A stretch of DNA of 64,000 bases. Origin: the human T2T-CHM13v2.0 reference genome, Homo sapiens. Location: the NCBI RefSeq assembly GCF_009914755.1, contig NC_060933.1; one strand, given 5' to 3'. Shown one piece after another: positions 22,314 to 36,617 of this stretch. A program made the position numbers and the translations under genes. Positions within the stretch are counted from its first letter, which is position 1; the number at the start of each line of letters is the position of its first letter. Under the pieces are notes generated by a model that was not told the DNA's origin, did no database searches, and saw nothing but the letters and a program-made list of their open reading frames with translations.

Positions 22314-25300
22314 TTTAGACCATAATAAATCCACTTTTAAGAAGGACTTGGAAACACCATCTCTCTAAATGAAGTACCTGGAGGTATGTGAGATGGGAAA
22401 CAGTAGGTTCCTTGCACTTATATTTTTCTACATGTTCCCTATATTACAAGTCGCCTCAGCCAACATTAAAGCAGACCAGTAAGGTAAATAAAAATTCTGG
22501 ATGGCCAAAAAGAAACATTACATTATATGACCTTTTTATACAAAGAGTTGCTGGGAAAGAACCACAACTGGAAAAATGAGAGTATACTTGTGGTTCTAGT
22601 TTACTTTCAGTGGGAGCCTAAATAAGACAACAAAAAGCCTCCAGATGAGTCCAATTTTTGCCTCAACTGCTGAAAAGCCTGCTTGAACAAACACAGGCGA
22701 TTATTTGAACCAGACATTAATGGGCTACAAAAATCACCAGCCCCTGTGGCACCTTTCATAGACAGCATTGCCTGAGAGATGTCTGCTTCACACAATAGAA
22801 TAAGAAAAATACATGCCATGTTTCAGTACTAAAAGAATACTTTGGAAAGAGGAGATAGAGAGTGGCAGGAGAGTCCTTTTCTTACCTTACTCTCTACCTG
22901 CACCATCATTTCTGAGGTTTCAAACCACAAGTAAACAGAAAATAAAAATAAATTGGCATTAGTCAACCAAGATCCTATAGCCAAATAGCCAGCCATTTCT
23001 CAATTTACGGTTACAGTTTGTGTTTTGTGCTGGGCCACCTGAGTTCAAGGCATGGCCAATAAATAAACTGGGGAGGCCTTGGCTGTTTGCAGTGGATGCA
23101 TTTGATGCCATCTGCATGATACATTGATGAGAAGAACAGAAAATGTTTCATTACAATATGAACCTGTTTTATAGTATTTAATGTTCTGTTGGTTTCCATA
23201 AAAGCAGCAGGGGGAACTAGAATTAGTAATGAATGTTGATTTTTGAACATTGGAGGTTCGAAGGGAAGAATTTAACAATTAAATGAGAAGGAAATATCAC
23301 TTTTTACTCCAGCATAGACCTAGTCTGAACAGAAAAAATAATGCACACAGAGCAATTATAAATATAAATTCAGTATATTTGAATTTCAGTGTGTTTTAAA
23401 TGTTCACTCTTGACAGCCACTTTTTAAATATTTATCAAGGCAACATCTTTCTTGCTCATAATGAAACAGGCAATAAAATTTGAATAGAATTTAATTATAC
23501 CTTCAAATATTTAGAATGCAAACAAAAATAAGTGACTGTTGAGAAATATATCTGGCCTCAAAACACTGAGGAAAAAAGTTTTAAGAATATCTTTAGAAGA
23601 AAATCCAAATGAAGTTTCTTTCAATACTCTTCTACTTTAAATTCTTAGGTTTCCATGAAAAGCAGATGAAAATAAATTGCAAATACTACAGTACACAGGA
23701 TGCCAATGTGTAGAACTGGTGAGGAGATCATTAAGAAGGGAAAAAGGCTATGGGAAAATTATTTGAATTTGATAAGCTCTTCAGCAAGTTGAGCCAGTCT
23801 GTTTGTGAGTTTGCCACAATTTTTCTGAGAGTTTGCCTGCTCATGATGCGTGCAGGAACAGTAAATAGATTTCTTCACAGAGGCTGTCTAAAGCTCTGTG
23901 TTGAGAAGGACTCTGAGGTCATGTCTGAGCTCAGGCTCAGCAGGGAGGTGCCATTGACTAGTGATGTCTGCCTGCGAGTGGGAATGGCTATCATTGTGCA
24001 TGTCTTTGCTCTTCCCATGATGGAAAGTGTAGCTGTGGAAACACTCTTTCCTATCATTCTGCTCAGGGGTCAGTTCATTCAAATGATGTCATCTCACAAG
24101 TTATCAATTGCAGTCAGACTGCTGTACTCAGAATAGTGTAGCAGATGTTACTTCCTGGGCTCACCCTTCTCTATACCTCGAACCATCTCTTCTTCACATT
24201 TGGGGTACTTGTAATTGCTCTTTATTACCCTTTTTTAAGGGCATATTAACCCCTTCCTTCCACCTCCAACACAAAGGTTTCCTTCTCCAACATGTGAAAA
24301 TTTCTCTGCTGTGCCTAAACTATGAATGACAGAAATTCTGCTAAAGCAAAGATCTTCTGCATAAAAAAACAAAAAGTCTCATTTACCAGGAAAAGGAGCC
24401 CTATAATGTTCTCTCCTCAAATTATTCAGGATTAATTTTTTTGGACTTAATTAATGCCAACCCTGCCCTTTAGCTCACTGCCATCTGCCACAAGTCATCT
24501 CCCAGGCAGAAAGGTCATGATGCTGAGCTTCATGAAGGCACCAGGGAACAAGTTAAACCCAGGATTCCCTCCTTGATGTCGTTCACCTCTCTTGCACCAG
24601 CACCAGCCAGCATCAACTATCGCTGTCAATGTCAGACAGTCGCATATCATCAATTAGAGATGGCAAAAGCTCAACAACTTCTGAGCTTGGCTTACAAAGA
24701 AAAGCATCCAGATGCTTGTGCCCATTTGGCAAAAACTTCCTAAAATCTCTATGAAGGAAAGCACATGTTTTTGCAATTAAAATGGTATCTGTTAGTGTAG
24801 AGAGCAAAATAATAAGTTGAAAGATCATTAATTATCAGCAATTCCATATGGTTTGAACTACCAGAGTTTAGACGTTCATCTGCACCAAAACTGATATTTT
24901 CTTAACTAGGACATGAACTATGAGTTTGAAACCTGAGACATGTGTACCAAGATAACTGAATATCTCAGAAACATTTCAAACTCAATTTCCTTATGAAAGG
25001 AAATATATGTGTAAATCATATATTTCTATTCTTGTATTGACTTTTGGTATCCATTTATTGAATACCTATATCAAAGTCTGCCATGGGAGTTCCATGTAAC
25101 CCATATTCTGGTAAAACATACAGACTTGCAATGAGGGCTATAAGAGACGGAAACTGGGTTCATGGGTAACAACATATCAGAGGTCCGCCCAGCTAGACTG
25201 GAGGGGTTCAGGAAGACTTTTGGATGAGATGGCATCTTGGATGTGTAGAGACAACCAGACAGAAGTTCAAGGGTCTGTGGAATGAGGGGAGAGCGTGGTG

Positions 25301-27009
25301 AAGACAGAATCAACTTCTAGGTAGTCCTGGTTCCAAAAATGTTTGGCATAAAAAATTTCCATGTGCACCATCCCTGGCATGTTCCTGCTATTCTGATTTA
25401 TTGTAACGCTGTCTTCTTCAACATTAACTAAGGCCAGTGGTTGCAATGAATAATTTGCAATATTCAAATACCATCGGGAAAGATTCATCATTTTTAGCTT
25501 CTAATTGAGGAGGGAAAACATCTTAAAGCTTCATAGATGTTTCTATTTAGTCTTGGGACAAATGTCATATTAATTGATTAAATACATCTTGAGGGGCTCA
25601 ATCTTAACTCCTTATAGTTTCAAGCACATTTTCCCCAATCTCTGGTGACTTAGAACAGTATAAAACAGATCTAAAATCCACCTTAAGAAAGAAAAAGATA
25701 TGCAAGTAATGAGGTTCAATCCTGCAATAGCCTTCTTGTTGGGGAGATTGCCATTTAAGATTGCCCAAGGTGGCATTTGATTCTCACGGCATGCAAGGTC
25801 CACTCTCTTGCTAATTTAGGTGCAGGCTCAGCCCTCATTCTGCCTTACAACAGCATTAAGGGAGTTGTCTTCTCTGACTGAGAAAGACCACTGGAGTCTG
25901 AGTAAGAAAAGCCAAGGGTGTCCTCCTCGGAGAACACACCAAATGCTTAGATCTTTCATGTTGAATTACACTTGTTGCCCTGAGATGTGTGTTGCTGACA
26001 TTAACCACCTAACCTGCAGCTGTAAAAGCCTCCCCACTCAGAATCCACAGTGAGCACTGACCTGCTGCAACCCAGGAAGAACATCAAATACTTTTTCTAC
26101 ATCTCATTATCAGAGCAAAAGCTAAACAGTAACTGCCCAATTCAGCTTATATATTCAATTCAGTAAGCTATATTCCATGATTTTTTTTAAAAAAAATGCA
26201 CACATACATACAAAGAAGGGTGCAAATTGTAAGTGCACAGTGAACTAGTCCTGTGGAACGAGCAGCTAGAACCAGAAACAGAACATTACCCTAGAATGTT
26301 CTGTCGTGGCTCCTAACGCCAGGGATTTGTTTTAACTCAAATTAGGATACCTTTAAAAGTCCCAGTCGTTACGCTGGGAAAACACGCCTACAGCAAAACT
26401 TTGTGGCAAACCCAGATCTATGCTACCCTACATATTAGTCACTTTCATCTGTTTCCCAAGACACTTCACGCTAACCCCCATTCCGACACTTACCACGTTC
26501 TGCATAGTTGTTAAATTTGCAACAAACTGCCTGCTACTAGAGGTCAGTGTCAAGTCTGAGTCTTCATGCTTTTCTCCCAGTAATGTAGGGTAACTGTCTT
26601 AGGCTGCCAGGGGCTAGATGAAGGATCCAATGATCCTATTGGCCAACATTTATGTTTGCGAATTTCACGTCCCTCATTTTCAGGCTGGGCAGAGAGTGCA
26701 CCCCCTAGTCTCTATCCTAGCTTGATGATGAGATTCTCTGGAGGAAGTTTTTGCCTAAGGAAAGTCTCCCAGCAGCCAAGAGTCTGTGCGGCCCCTTCCC
26801 ACAGTCAAATCATCACATGACCTGCAGCTTTCAGCCAGTCCTGCTAGTTCTCATGCACGTTTCCCCCACCCTCCTGGTTCTGTGCAGGGAGGGAGGCACA
26901 TGTGCATACATGTATGTTTTATTCTGCTTCATTTTGCTGCCAATGGTCTGTGTTAAAACAAAAGTATTCCTTCCCACCCCCACCCCCTCCATTCCTTGTA
27001 CCCACCATT

Positions 27010-27335
27010 TGACCCGCAGGCAAATGAAGCCATTCAAATATTTATTCATCATATCATCTGTTCCCATCTGACCTTGCAATTCCTGTCATGCCCCGCGTGT
27101 CAGTTTAAAGCATAACGTCATTAATACCTCCAGTGCACTAATGGATGCTTCACCCATGAACGCATTAATGAAATGTGTTATTGTTTTCCCTCACAGGACA
27201 TTAACAATCTACCTCACGCTGTGTCTCCGAAGCCCCGCGGAGCTGCTGAAAACCACTAGCTATCAAATGAACCCTCAGTTCCGCCTCAGTAACTTTAAGT
27301 TCAAGTTTATCACTGAAGCGTCACTCATGTGAGAA
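27010..27335. promoter_or_regulatory. Enhancer-like unique sequence block
   Basis: Repeat-free, locally more CpGs than the background, multiple TAAT/ATTA and TGTCA motifs; conservation not verifiable here. Confidence 0.35.
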
Positions 27336-28722
27336 GAAGATACAAGCCTCTGAGGGCTTTGGGGCCCAGCTTCAATTACCATAAAGAGTAACAGGAGGCA
27401 AGAGCTGCAGGAAGGGGGAGAGGGAGAGTGCAACATAGAAACAAAACCCTGTCAAGATGAAATAGGAAAGATCTGGGTGTCACCAGGATGATTTGTTTCT
27501 TGTTTCTCCCTTTGTCTATGGGCTGATGGTTTGAATAATGAAGACGGTATTGGTTTTCTTCTCGAGTACACCAGCACAGGAGGTCTGCTTGTCTGATGGC
27601 ACAGCTGACATATTAAGAGGGACTTAAGTTTCTGTACACAGGCAATGTTTAAATTACCTTCCTTAAGCCCCAAAGAAATCTTTCCAGCTGATTTGCAAAA
27701 TGAACCCTGGCATGGCCTTGCAGCCACCCTGCACAGGTTGCCTAAACAGAGCCGTGGTTCTCTGTTTGGCCAGCTGTTTTGCAAAATCAGAAAAAAAGGG
27801 AAAGGTAATTCCTTTTCAACGTTGCCTCAGCCAGTATTTCGTCTGTAATTAAAATTGAAAGCTTTCCCCAACAGGTTCTCAGAGGCTCTCCCGGAGAAAC
27901 AGATTTCTCCTTTCCTGAGTAATTAAGCACAAATTGTAAGGTGCTTGGCTTTACAGCAGAGGAGCAATGAATGGTCAAAGGTGTTCCATCCAAGGCCTGG
28001 GGAGGCTTTTGTGTTTGGTTAGCTGTTAGGAAATGCTAATTGCTTTTTCTCTTGCCATTAGGCACTAATCCCCACTGCGATGAAAATTTTTCACAGGTTG
28101 GGGCCAGAAAGGTGAAGGGAGATGTACAACAGAAATGCCGCAACAAAATCACCTGTACCAGTGAATTGTAGCATGGCCAGAAAGGTGATTGTTTGCTCAG
28201 CATTTGTGCCAAGAATACACCCCACAATTCCTTTTATTCATGTCTTGGACAGCAGGCTTACAAGTAGCTACTAATGTGTTCCTGAATGTTTCAGGTCACT
28301 AAGCCTATACCCTAAACATAAGCTTCCAATCACAGTTAAGCATCTAATCAAAAACTCCTGGCTTGGGGACAAAAGTCAGAGCTTAACTCTATCCTTGGCT
28401 GCTGATGGCAAGAAGACCTTTGCTGCCTGCCTGTAGAAGCCATGGGCCCCAAATCTGCTCCTCTAAAGAGGACAAAACCCATTGCAATTTCCCCAACCTC
28501 TGTGACACAGCCTTCCTAAACAGCTCATTGAGGCTGCTCCTTAAACGGTGGCATTACACTTCTCACAAACACAAGGAAACCAAATGGGGCTGGAGATACA
28601 TTGCCCTTGAACCCCTCTGCCTGGGCAAGCTTCATCCCAGAAATGTCCCTTACTTTGGAAAAAAACAGGTGGCTGGAATTGTAACCACAAATGATAATTA
28701 TTCTTCCATTTTCTTTTTGCCC

Positions 28723-29343
28723 TGTGGCAGAGAAACCCTAGGGTGGCCCAGTGATTCTTGCCCCACTGGTGTTCACAGCCTGTATAATCCTCCCCTCCCT
28801 TGGGGTGTGATAGGACCTATGACTTTTTCTAAACAATCAAGCATGGCAAAGGTGAAGGGGTTTTGCAGGTGTAAGTCCCAAAGCAGTTGATTTTGAGTAA
28901 ATCCAAATGGAGATCATACTGGATGGCCCTGGCTTAGTCAAGTGAGAGCCCTGAAAAGAAGGACTGAGCCCTGTATGGTCAGAGATTCTCCCGGCTGACT
29001 GCATGAGGAGCAGCCATGTGGAAAAGGCCACGGGGCGAGGAGCTGAGGTGGCCTCCGACTGACAGCCAGCAGAAAGCTGGGGCCCTTGGTCATGCAGAGG
29101 CAAAGAAATGAATCCGCCAACAACCTGAATGAACTTGGAAGCAGATTCTTCCCCAGCTCAGTGTCCTGATGAAAATGCTGTCTGCTGACTTGTTTATTGG
29201 AGCCTGGTGAGACCCTGAGTAGGGGACCCGGTTAAGCCATCCCTGGACTCCTGAACCGTGGCACCTGTGCGATAACAACAACCTGGGTTGTTGTATGCCA
29301 CTATGTCTGCAATAATTTGTTACACAGCAGTAAGTTATACAAT
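28723..29343 (+). mobile_element. MaLR solo LTR, MLT1E-like
   Basis: tgtggcaga...ggcaaaggtgaagg...gacagccagcagaaagctgggg...caacaacctgaatgaacttggaagcagattcttcccc...aatttgttacacagcag. Confidence 0.88.
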
Positions 29344-29702
29344 CCCTAAGCATTCAGGTCCTCTATTTTGAAGCTAATGGTGATTCAGTTATGTTGCAGC
29401 CATGATCCTCACCAATGATATCTTTGAATCATCAACCAAATGAATCTGGCCCATCAGTGCATTGCCCTTGGAGTCCATGGTGAACATTTTTCTAGACAAC
29501 TGGCCGAGATGTTCTGTCAACCATTTTATGTTTCTTCTCAACCTTGTCTTTTTTGTCACTGTGGCAGCCCTTGTAACAAAGAAAGATGTTAAAGTGACTA
29601 GAAAGCTACACTAAACAGCTGTAAGTTCTATGCTCAACATTCATGTTAGAAAGGTATATTCTTTTTTCATCGTGCTAAGTGTTGCTTAAAAATGCATGTA
29701 AA

Positions 29703-30069
<367 letters not shown>

Positions 30070-30149
30070 TTAGAAACTTCCAGAAAACTTTCAAAGTTCT
30101 CAAGAAATATGTCTTGCATTTCAGCTCCTTTTAGAAAGCAACTGCCATA

Positions 30150-30460
30150 CACCAACAGGATTTTGGAGGTTTTGTTTTTCCCCCACTGAATTTGACAAAC
30201 TGCATCTAAAATGTTTATGGAAGAGCAGGCCAAGAAAGGCCAGGATACTTTTGAAGACTTCAAACAGCAAATATCAAGAATTGTTATAAAGTTACACTAA
30301 TTCAGACAGTGTGATATTAGCACACTGATTAAAAAAATAGTAAACCAACAGAATAAAAAGGGATGCCCAACGCAGGCCCACTCCTATACTGAAATATGCT
30401 ATACAGAAGGCGTGACATTACACATCAGAGGAAAACCATGTTCTTTGCATTAAATGGTGC
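30150..30460 (+). mobile_element. Ancient L1M ORF2 fragment
   Basis: ttgacaaactgcatctaaaatgtttatggaag...tataaagttacactaattcagacagtgtgatattagcac...taaatggtgc. Confidence 0.65.
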
Positions 30461-30620
30461 CCCACAAGAGCTTCCCAGTGTGTTTTCTTGGGAAGGGTCA
30501 GGTAATTAAATTCCCAAATGAAGCTTTCTTTAGTTTTATTTAACTAAAAACGAAAGAAGAGAAAAACAGAGGTAAATATAGATATAAGCCAGTATTCTTA
30601 AATTATAATAAAATAAATAG

Positions 30621-30954
<334 letters not shown>

Positions 30955-31139
30955 CTGCAATCATTTATTTGTCATTTTTAAATATAGCCAAATAGGGCTG
31001 ACTGATTTTTTTAAAAAACATATTAAATACTGCCAATGATTTAGCTCTTGTACATCTATTCTTAATTTGTGATTGAGAGAGGTCGTTCATTACAAAATTA
31101 TTTTAACAAGCTTTTAAATAACAAAAGCCAAATGTAAGA

Positions 31140-31313
31140 AGTTATGGTGTTTGGGATGTATTTCAAAGTAATAAGAGTGGAGAGATTGAATTGAGGTATG
31201 AAGGACACACAATTGATCACGAATTGACAAGTGTTGAATCAAGATAATAGATATTTAGGGGGTTATTATACCATTCTCTCTGCTTTGGTATTTGTTTGAA
31301 ACTTACCATAATA
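31140..31313 (+). mobile_element. L1M 3' UTR fragment
   Basis: tgtttgggatgtatttcaaagtaat...gttgaa...ggttattataccattctctctgctttggtatttgtttgaaac. Confidence 0.65.
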
Positions 31314-31482
<169 letters not shown>

Positions 31483-31759
31483 GTTTGTTTTTTCTTTTCA
31501 AGGAAAATATAGCTAAGCTTTTGATAAACTACAATGTTTGGTTCAAATGTCTCTTCAAGCATCTCAAGTAAGAAAGCAGTTATACAAAACTCGCATGCTA
31601 TTATTTTCAAAAAACATACATACATGCATGCATATATATTTATGCATACATTATATAGGTATGCACTTTATATATGCATATATAAAAAACATATTTACAG
31701 CAGACAAATCTGTACCCCCACACCTTCATGTTATAGCTGGGGAGTCTGATTTCTCATTG

Positions 31760-32172
31760 ATAGTTATCCTGTTTCTCTCTCCTGGCCCACTCTCCATCCC
31801 TCTGGTGACCTGCATGGATGTAGTCTACTGTGGTCTGGACAATAGAGAGCACCAGAGAGGAGATTTAAAGGAGAAAAGAGGAGAGTGGGGTCATGACATT
31901 TGTTTTCTGGTTCTCTCTCTGCAACACAGCCTCAACAAGGGCCTGCCATGTCCCTCCACTAGAAAGCCACTGTGCCTCTCACGGAGGCCAATTTTATAAG
32001 ACATTCTTCTTCCAGGTTTCAGAAATTGCTCTGTTTCCCTTCAGACACAGAAGTTGTGTCAGCTCAGCTGCTACTATCCCCAGATTCCTATACAATCCCT
32101 TGTGTGGAGGCTGTACTCACACCTTTGTAAATAGTTTTGAGCGCCATCTACTTTCTGTTAGGATTCTAATTC
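31760..32172 (+). mobile_element. ERVL solo LTR, LTR33-like
   Basis: cccactctccatcc...ggagattt...gaggagagtgggg...tcccttcagac...cacacctttgtaaatag...gccatct. Confidence 0.6.
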
Positions 32173-32479
32173 ACCACCCTCTTCATTAAACAATAAATGA
32201 CACATAGTTATTAGAAATAGCTATAAGGAGATTATTATACTGTCTCTGTACATATAAATACTTCTGATGCTGCAGTTCCATCTGAGGTGAATTCTATACT
32301 TAACATAGCATATATAGGCGGAAAAGACAAGAGAGATATGGAATTGGGGTTATCAGTTGGCTAGTGGTCCACAAACCAGCTCCCCTTTACTAATAGACAT
32401 GGAGGAAGCTTAGAGAACAGTACTTTCTCTGAAAGGCCTAAATTTTGAGAGTAGCTCAGTTCTGCACATCCAAAGCTAG

Positions 32480-32690
32480 ACTCAGTGCTATATCACTATT
32501 ATATAGCATATCAAACATTGCATTACAATTACCTGAGTACATGTACTTGTCTCTTCCTCCAGGCTATGAGCAATTCAAGAAAAGAGCTCTGTTTTATTCA
32601 ACCTTATATCTCTACTGTCTAGCGTATGGGTTGTCACATACCAGTGACACAAGAAATGCAGTTGAATTAATAAATGCCTGCTTGAATAAG
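32480..32690 (+). mobile_element. L2 3' fragment
   Basis: acttgtctcttcctccaggctatgagcaattcaag...ttattca...taataaatgcctgcttgaataa. Confidence 0.65.
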
Positions 32691-33084
32691 CAAATGCCAG
32701 TGGGTCCAGTATGTTCTATAGCAGGGGCTCTAAACCGAGAGCCTATCACCTTCAAGTTACCATCTGGCTTCCAAAAGCAGCGCTGAATCCAAATATGACC
32801 TCGGTACCCTAGAAAAAGAGTCTTTCTCATCTGAATCACTCCCATCTGCCTGGCTACAACCAACATAAGGTCTTGAAGCTGAGACACACCTTCATTTGTT
32901 AAGGGGGGAATGGGGGAGCAGATGGTAAATTAAGGTACTAATGCTCATTAATTCCTAATGGAGGCTTCCTCATGGATGTAATTAGAATGAAAAGAAGGAA
33001 GAGCCAAAGGAGGAGTGTTTGGGAAATAAAGTAGGCAGCTGGAAGAGGTTTATGGAAGGTATAAACCCTCAGGGAGCTTTCCAT

Positions 33085-33210
33085 TAGAGGATAATAACAT
33101 CTGCACTTCACAATTGCATCTTTCTTTACAATCAGCAAAACATTTCTACACACAGTATTCCAGTGGAGCCTCAGAAAATAATTGTGATATGTGGAGGAGA
33201 GGTCTTTTTT
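33085..33210 (-). mobile_element. MIR fragment
   Basis: ataataacatctgcac...tttacaatcagcaaaacattt...cctcagaaaataattgtga. Confidence 0.5.
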
Positions 33211-34385
33211 TTTTTTCATTTTTGCAATGATATAATCACTACATGACTGTAGTTGGAGAGGGTGACCTTCAGACCAGTTGTAAAAATCAAGTGCCAGTCC
33301 ACCTGGGTGAACTATCCCACACCACATTGTCCTTTCTGCTATTCCCGTTACAAATCACTTAAAGTCCCTCCCAATGGCCTTCTATTCCTGATTGGCAAGT
33401 GGGGCATAGAGGTTCTTATGAGACTAGGGTTTTTATTTCCTTATGTCCTCATGGAAAAAGTGTGAGCTGGAAAGAAGGGAACTCTTCCCATAAGGCCTGG
33501 TTAATGTCATTCTATTTCTTTCCACTGTTCTCAACACAAAATAAATGTATTCACATATATAGTTCCATAGAAATTGAGAATTAAGTACTATACTTTGATC
33601 TTCTAAGAAGTGTGCAGCATAAATCTGAGATATCAGCATTAAATGTGGAGACTTCATTATTAAGGACTTGCTAGTAAGCCTGGGTATTCATATGCAATGT
33701 CGGTCTATCCAAAAAGAAGTAAATTACTTGAAAAGTGACTGCATTAAAGTAAACTTACTCCTTGAAGCCTTCCTCCTCTCTCAAAGGCATATAGCTGACC
33801 TAGTTCAGAAGTGAGTGGAAAAAGAATAAAGAGGATGTTCTGTTTAACCAGCATCAATTGCTTGTAGCTATCTACTTCTCAATAGCTTTTTCCCCCCAAA
33901 GGAAGCATTCAGCTAACATTTTTATTGGACTGATGCCCAGATGTGCTCCATTAATTCATGCAACTACCTCTGTTGGAATGCTCCAGGCATTATCATCCAT
34001 GAATCCATAGAGCACAAATATATTTCTAGAAATATTGTCATTTGCATTATATATGATCCTAAAGTACCTTCATAAATAATACCTTCAAAGTGAACCAGAG
34101 AGTATTGGATGTCTCTTGCTATTTTAGTCCTCTTAATTTCACCATATGCATTGTCTTTTATTTACATAGGTAATGTGACAAAATTGATCGTAGCAAACTG
34201 AGTTTTTCGGTTTCATCAACATCATCATAGGACATTTTTGATGATGTGTGATCTTTAAATCTGTATTGAGTGTCTTTCCAATCTGTGAGTTTCATTGTTT
34301 CAAATTTGTCTTCCAACTGTGCCTTCTGAGATGTATTATGGCTATGATGGAGGCTTTTGGACTGCAGTTTGTTTCTGGTAAGAGC

Positions 34386-34406
34386 AAAAAAAAAAAAAAA
34401 AAAAAA
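34386..34406 (+). repeat. Poly(A) tract
   Basis: About 21 A. Confidence 0.9.
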
Positions 34407-35387
34407 CTAATTCTAAATGTAGCATGAAATCTGTTCATTTTTAGATGTTTGGTATAGAAATATAGACTACTTAATTATCAAATTAGTTACCTTTTCCTTA
34501 AAAAATTATCAGTACCCCAGCATGATAAGAAGAAAATTATTTCTTAAAATATTATTTGATTTCAAACCAATTATAAAGTGAGCACTGTTTTCTACACAAA
34601 GTTTCCAGGAAGTCTTTTAGTAGAAATACATGTTTCAGAGGAGGCGTTTGAATGAATGAAGAATTATTCATAGAAAGAAAAGAAATACTTTGATCTACTG
34701 CACTATTTTCGAAAGGAAAATAGAACCATAATGCATATATTATGATATCCTGGACTGAAGATGGTCTGGGACACAGAAAATCACTATTATCTGTGAAACC
34801 ATGAGCAAGACTCCTTTCTCTGTTGCCTGCAGACAGAAAGCAACAATGTTATTCAACTATTAATATTTACTTATGGCCCAGATACTGGAACTGATTCCTG
34901 CTTTCTGTGAAGGAAAGGTGATCCATGAATAAATATCACTCTGGTCATTATCATCGGCACACACAGATATCAGGTGGCTTCCAATGAAATAGTGTAAGAA
35001 GCAATATGGATCTGTAGAAAGAAAATTTGTCTTAAAGCAAGATTAGGGGTAGAAGATTTACCATGGATAAATATTCTTGTAGCGTTGAAAAAATTGCTCA
35101 GTCGTAAGATGAGGAAAACTCTTGCAAATAAATATGAAGCTTTCCATGAGACTTCTAGAACCTTCAAACCTCAGAATGTATTTGGGCCATCCTCTTCTCT
35201 TCAAAGGTTAGACTGACACAGTCTTGGAAACAGAAGCATGAAGCCTACTCTTAGAGATTTTCAGAGAAGAGGAATTTCAGCTTCCTAGGTTAATCATGTT
35301 ACTTCTATCTAATTTATTTTGCATGGCCACATTTATCATGCTGAAAATTCAGCCCATGTCCACCTGTTTTTTCTTTTAGCAACAGTG

Positions 35388-35508
35388 CATTTATTCATTC
35401 AATAATTATTTATTCAGTGCCTCTTATACGCCAGGCACTGGCTTGGGAGCTGGGATTTAACAAAGAACAAGAGGCAAAAATTCCTCCACTCATGGTGGAG
35501 AAATTCTA
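35388..35508 (-). mobile_element. L2 3' end
   Basis: catttattcattcaataattatttattcagtgcctc...gccaggcactgg...ctgggat. Confidence 0.75.
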
Positions 35509-35863
35509 GCAACAAACTGTTTATTATTATTCTAGCAATAAACTGTTCAATTCTTAGTAACATCCTTATTTCTCATAAAAAATGGGTCACTTATTTGATC
35601 AAAGCTGGTTTTGTTTAAATTTACTTCCTTTTACAAAAAAAAAAAAAATCAGCTACATGAAAATCAATGTTAGGTTTATTCTCACAATTTGGCAGCATTA
35701 TTGGCCAGTTCTTTTATACCATTTTTCATTCCCATGTTCCCTGGAAATGTGCCTTAAACTGAGGAAAAGTTTTTCTCCATCCTGAGAGGATACCCTGTTC
35801 AACCGCATATGCATCCTTGGAGGGGCACACCTGGAGTATGGAGGAAGAAGGGGACCTAGCTAG

Positions 35864-36247
<384 letters not shown>

Positions 36248-36309
36248 AGTCCTGCTAATTTTTAACCACTGCCACCACCACCACTGTGCTTTGGCTTCAT
36301 AGTCTTTAG

Positions 36310-36450
36310 ACCATTTAGTCTTCACAGCAGTCCCGTGGGGAACAGATGAGTAAGCTGAAGCTGAAAAGGAGTAAGAGGCTTGTCTACACTAACAGCTCTA
36401 GCAAATGGTGATGCAGGAATTCACATTTGGGTCTGATTCCAGCTGTCATC
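36310..36450 (-). mobile_element. MIR fragment
   Basis: acagatgagtaagctgaagct...acagctctagcaaatggtg...gtctgattcca. Confidence 0.65.
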
Positions 36451-36617
36451 TTCTTACGAAAAACATATAATCTTATTTATCTAATGAAATCATAGAAAGG
36501 AATTATTAAACATAAGCCTCATTATTTCATATACCACAGAATGGCATAATCTAAGATGAAGAGCATATAGATTTTGAATATCACCTGGGCATTTTTGGTT
36601 CCTTCTCTGAGTCTTAC

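Noticed and set aside
23750-24136. 128-aa hydrophobic ORF in the repeat-poor block
   Set aside because: No recognisable family or convincing splice boundaries; length within chance expectation
28405-28890. 161-aa ORF
   Set aside because: Runs into the MLT1E LTR; no recognisable domain
31538-31999. 153-aa ORF
   Set aside because: Made of TA/CA low-complexity sequence plus an LTR33-like element
35502-35548. 28-bp-period repeat attctagcaaYaaactgtt
   Set aside because: Common micro-duplication at an L2 edge; no further structure
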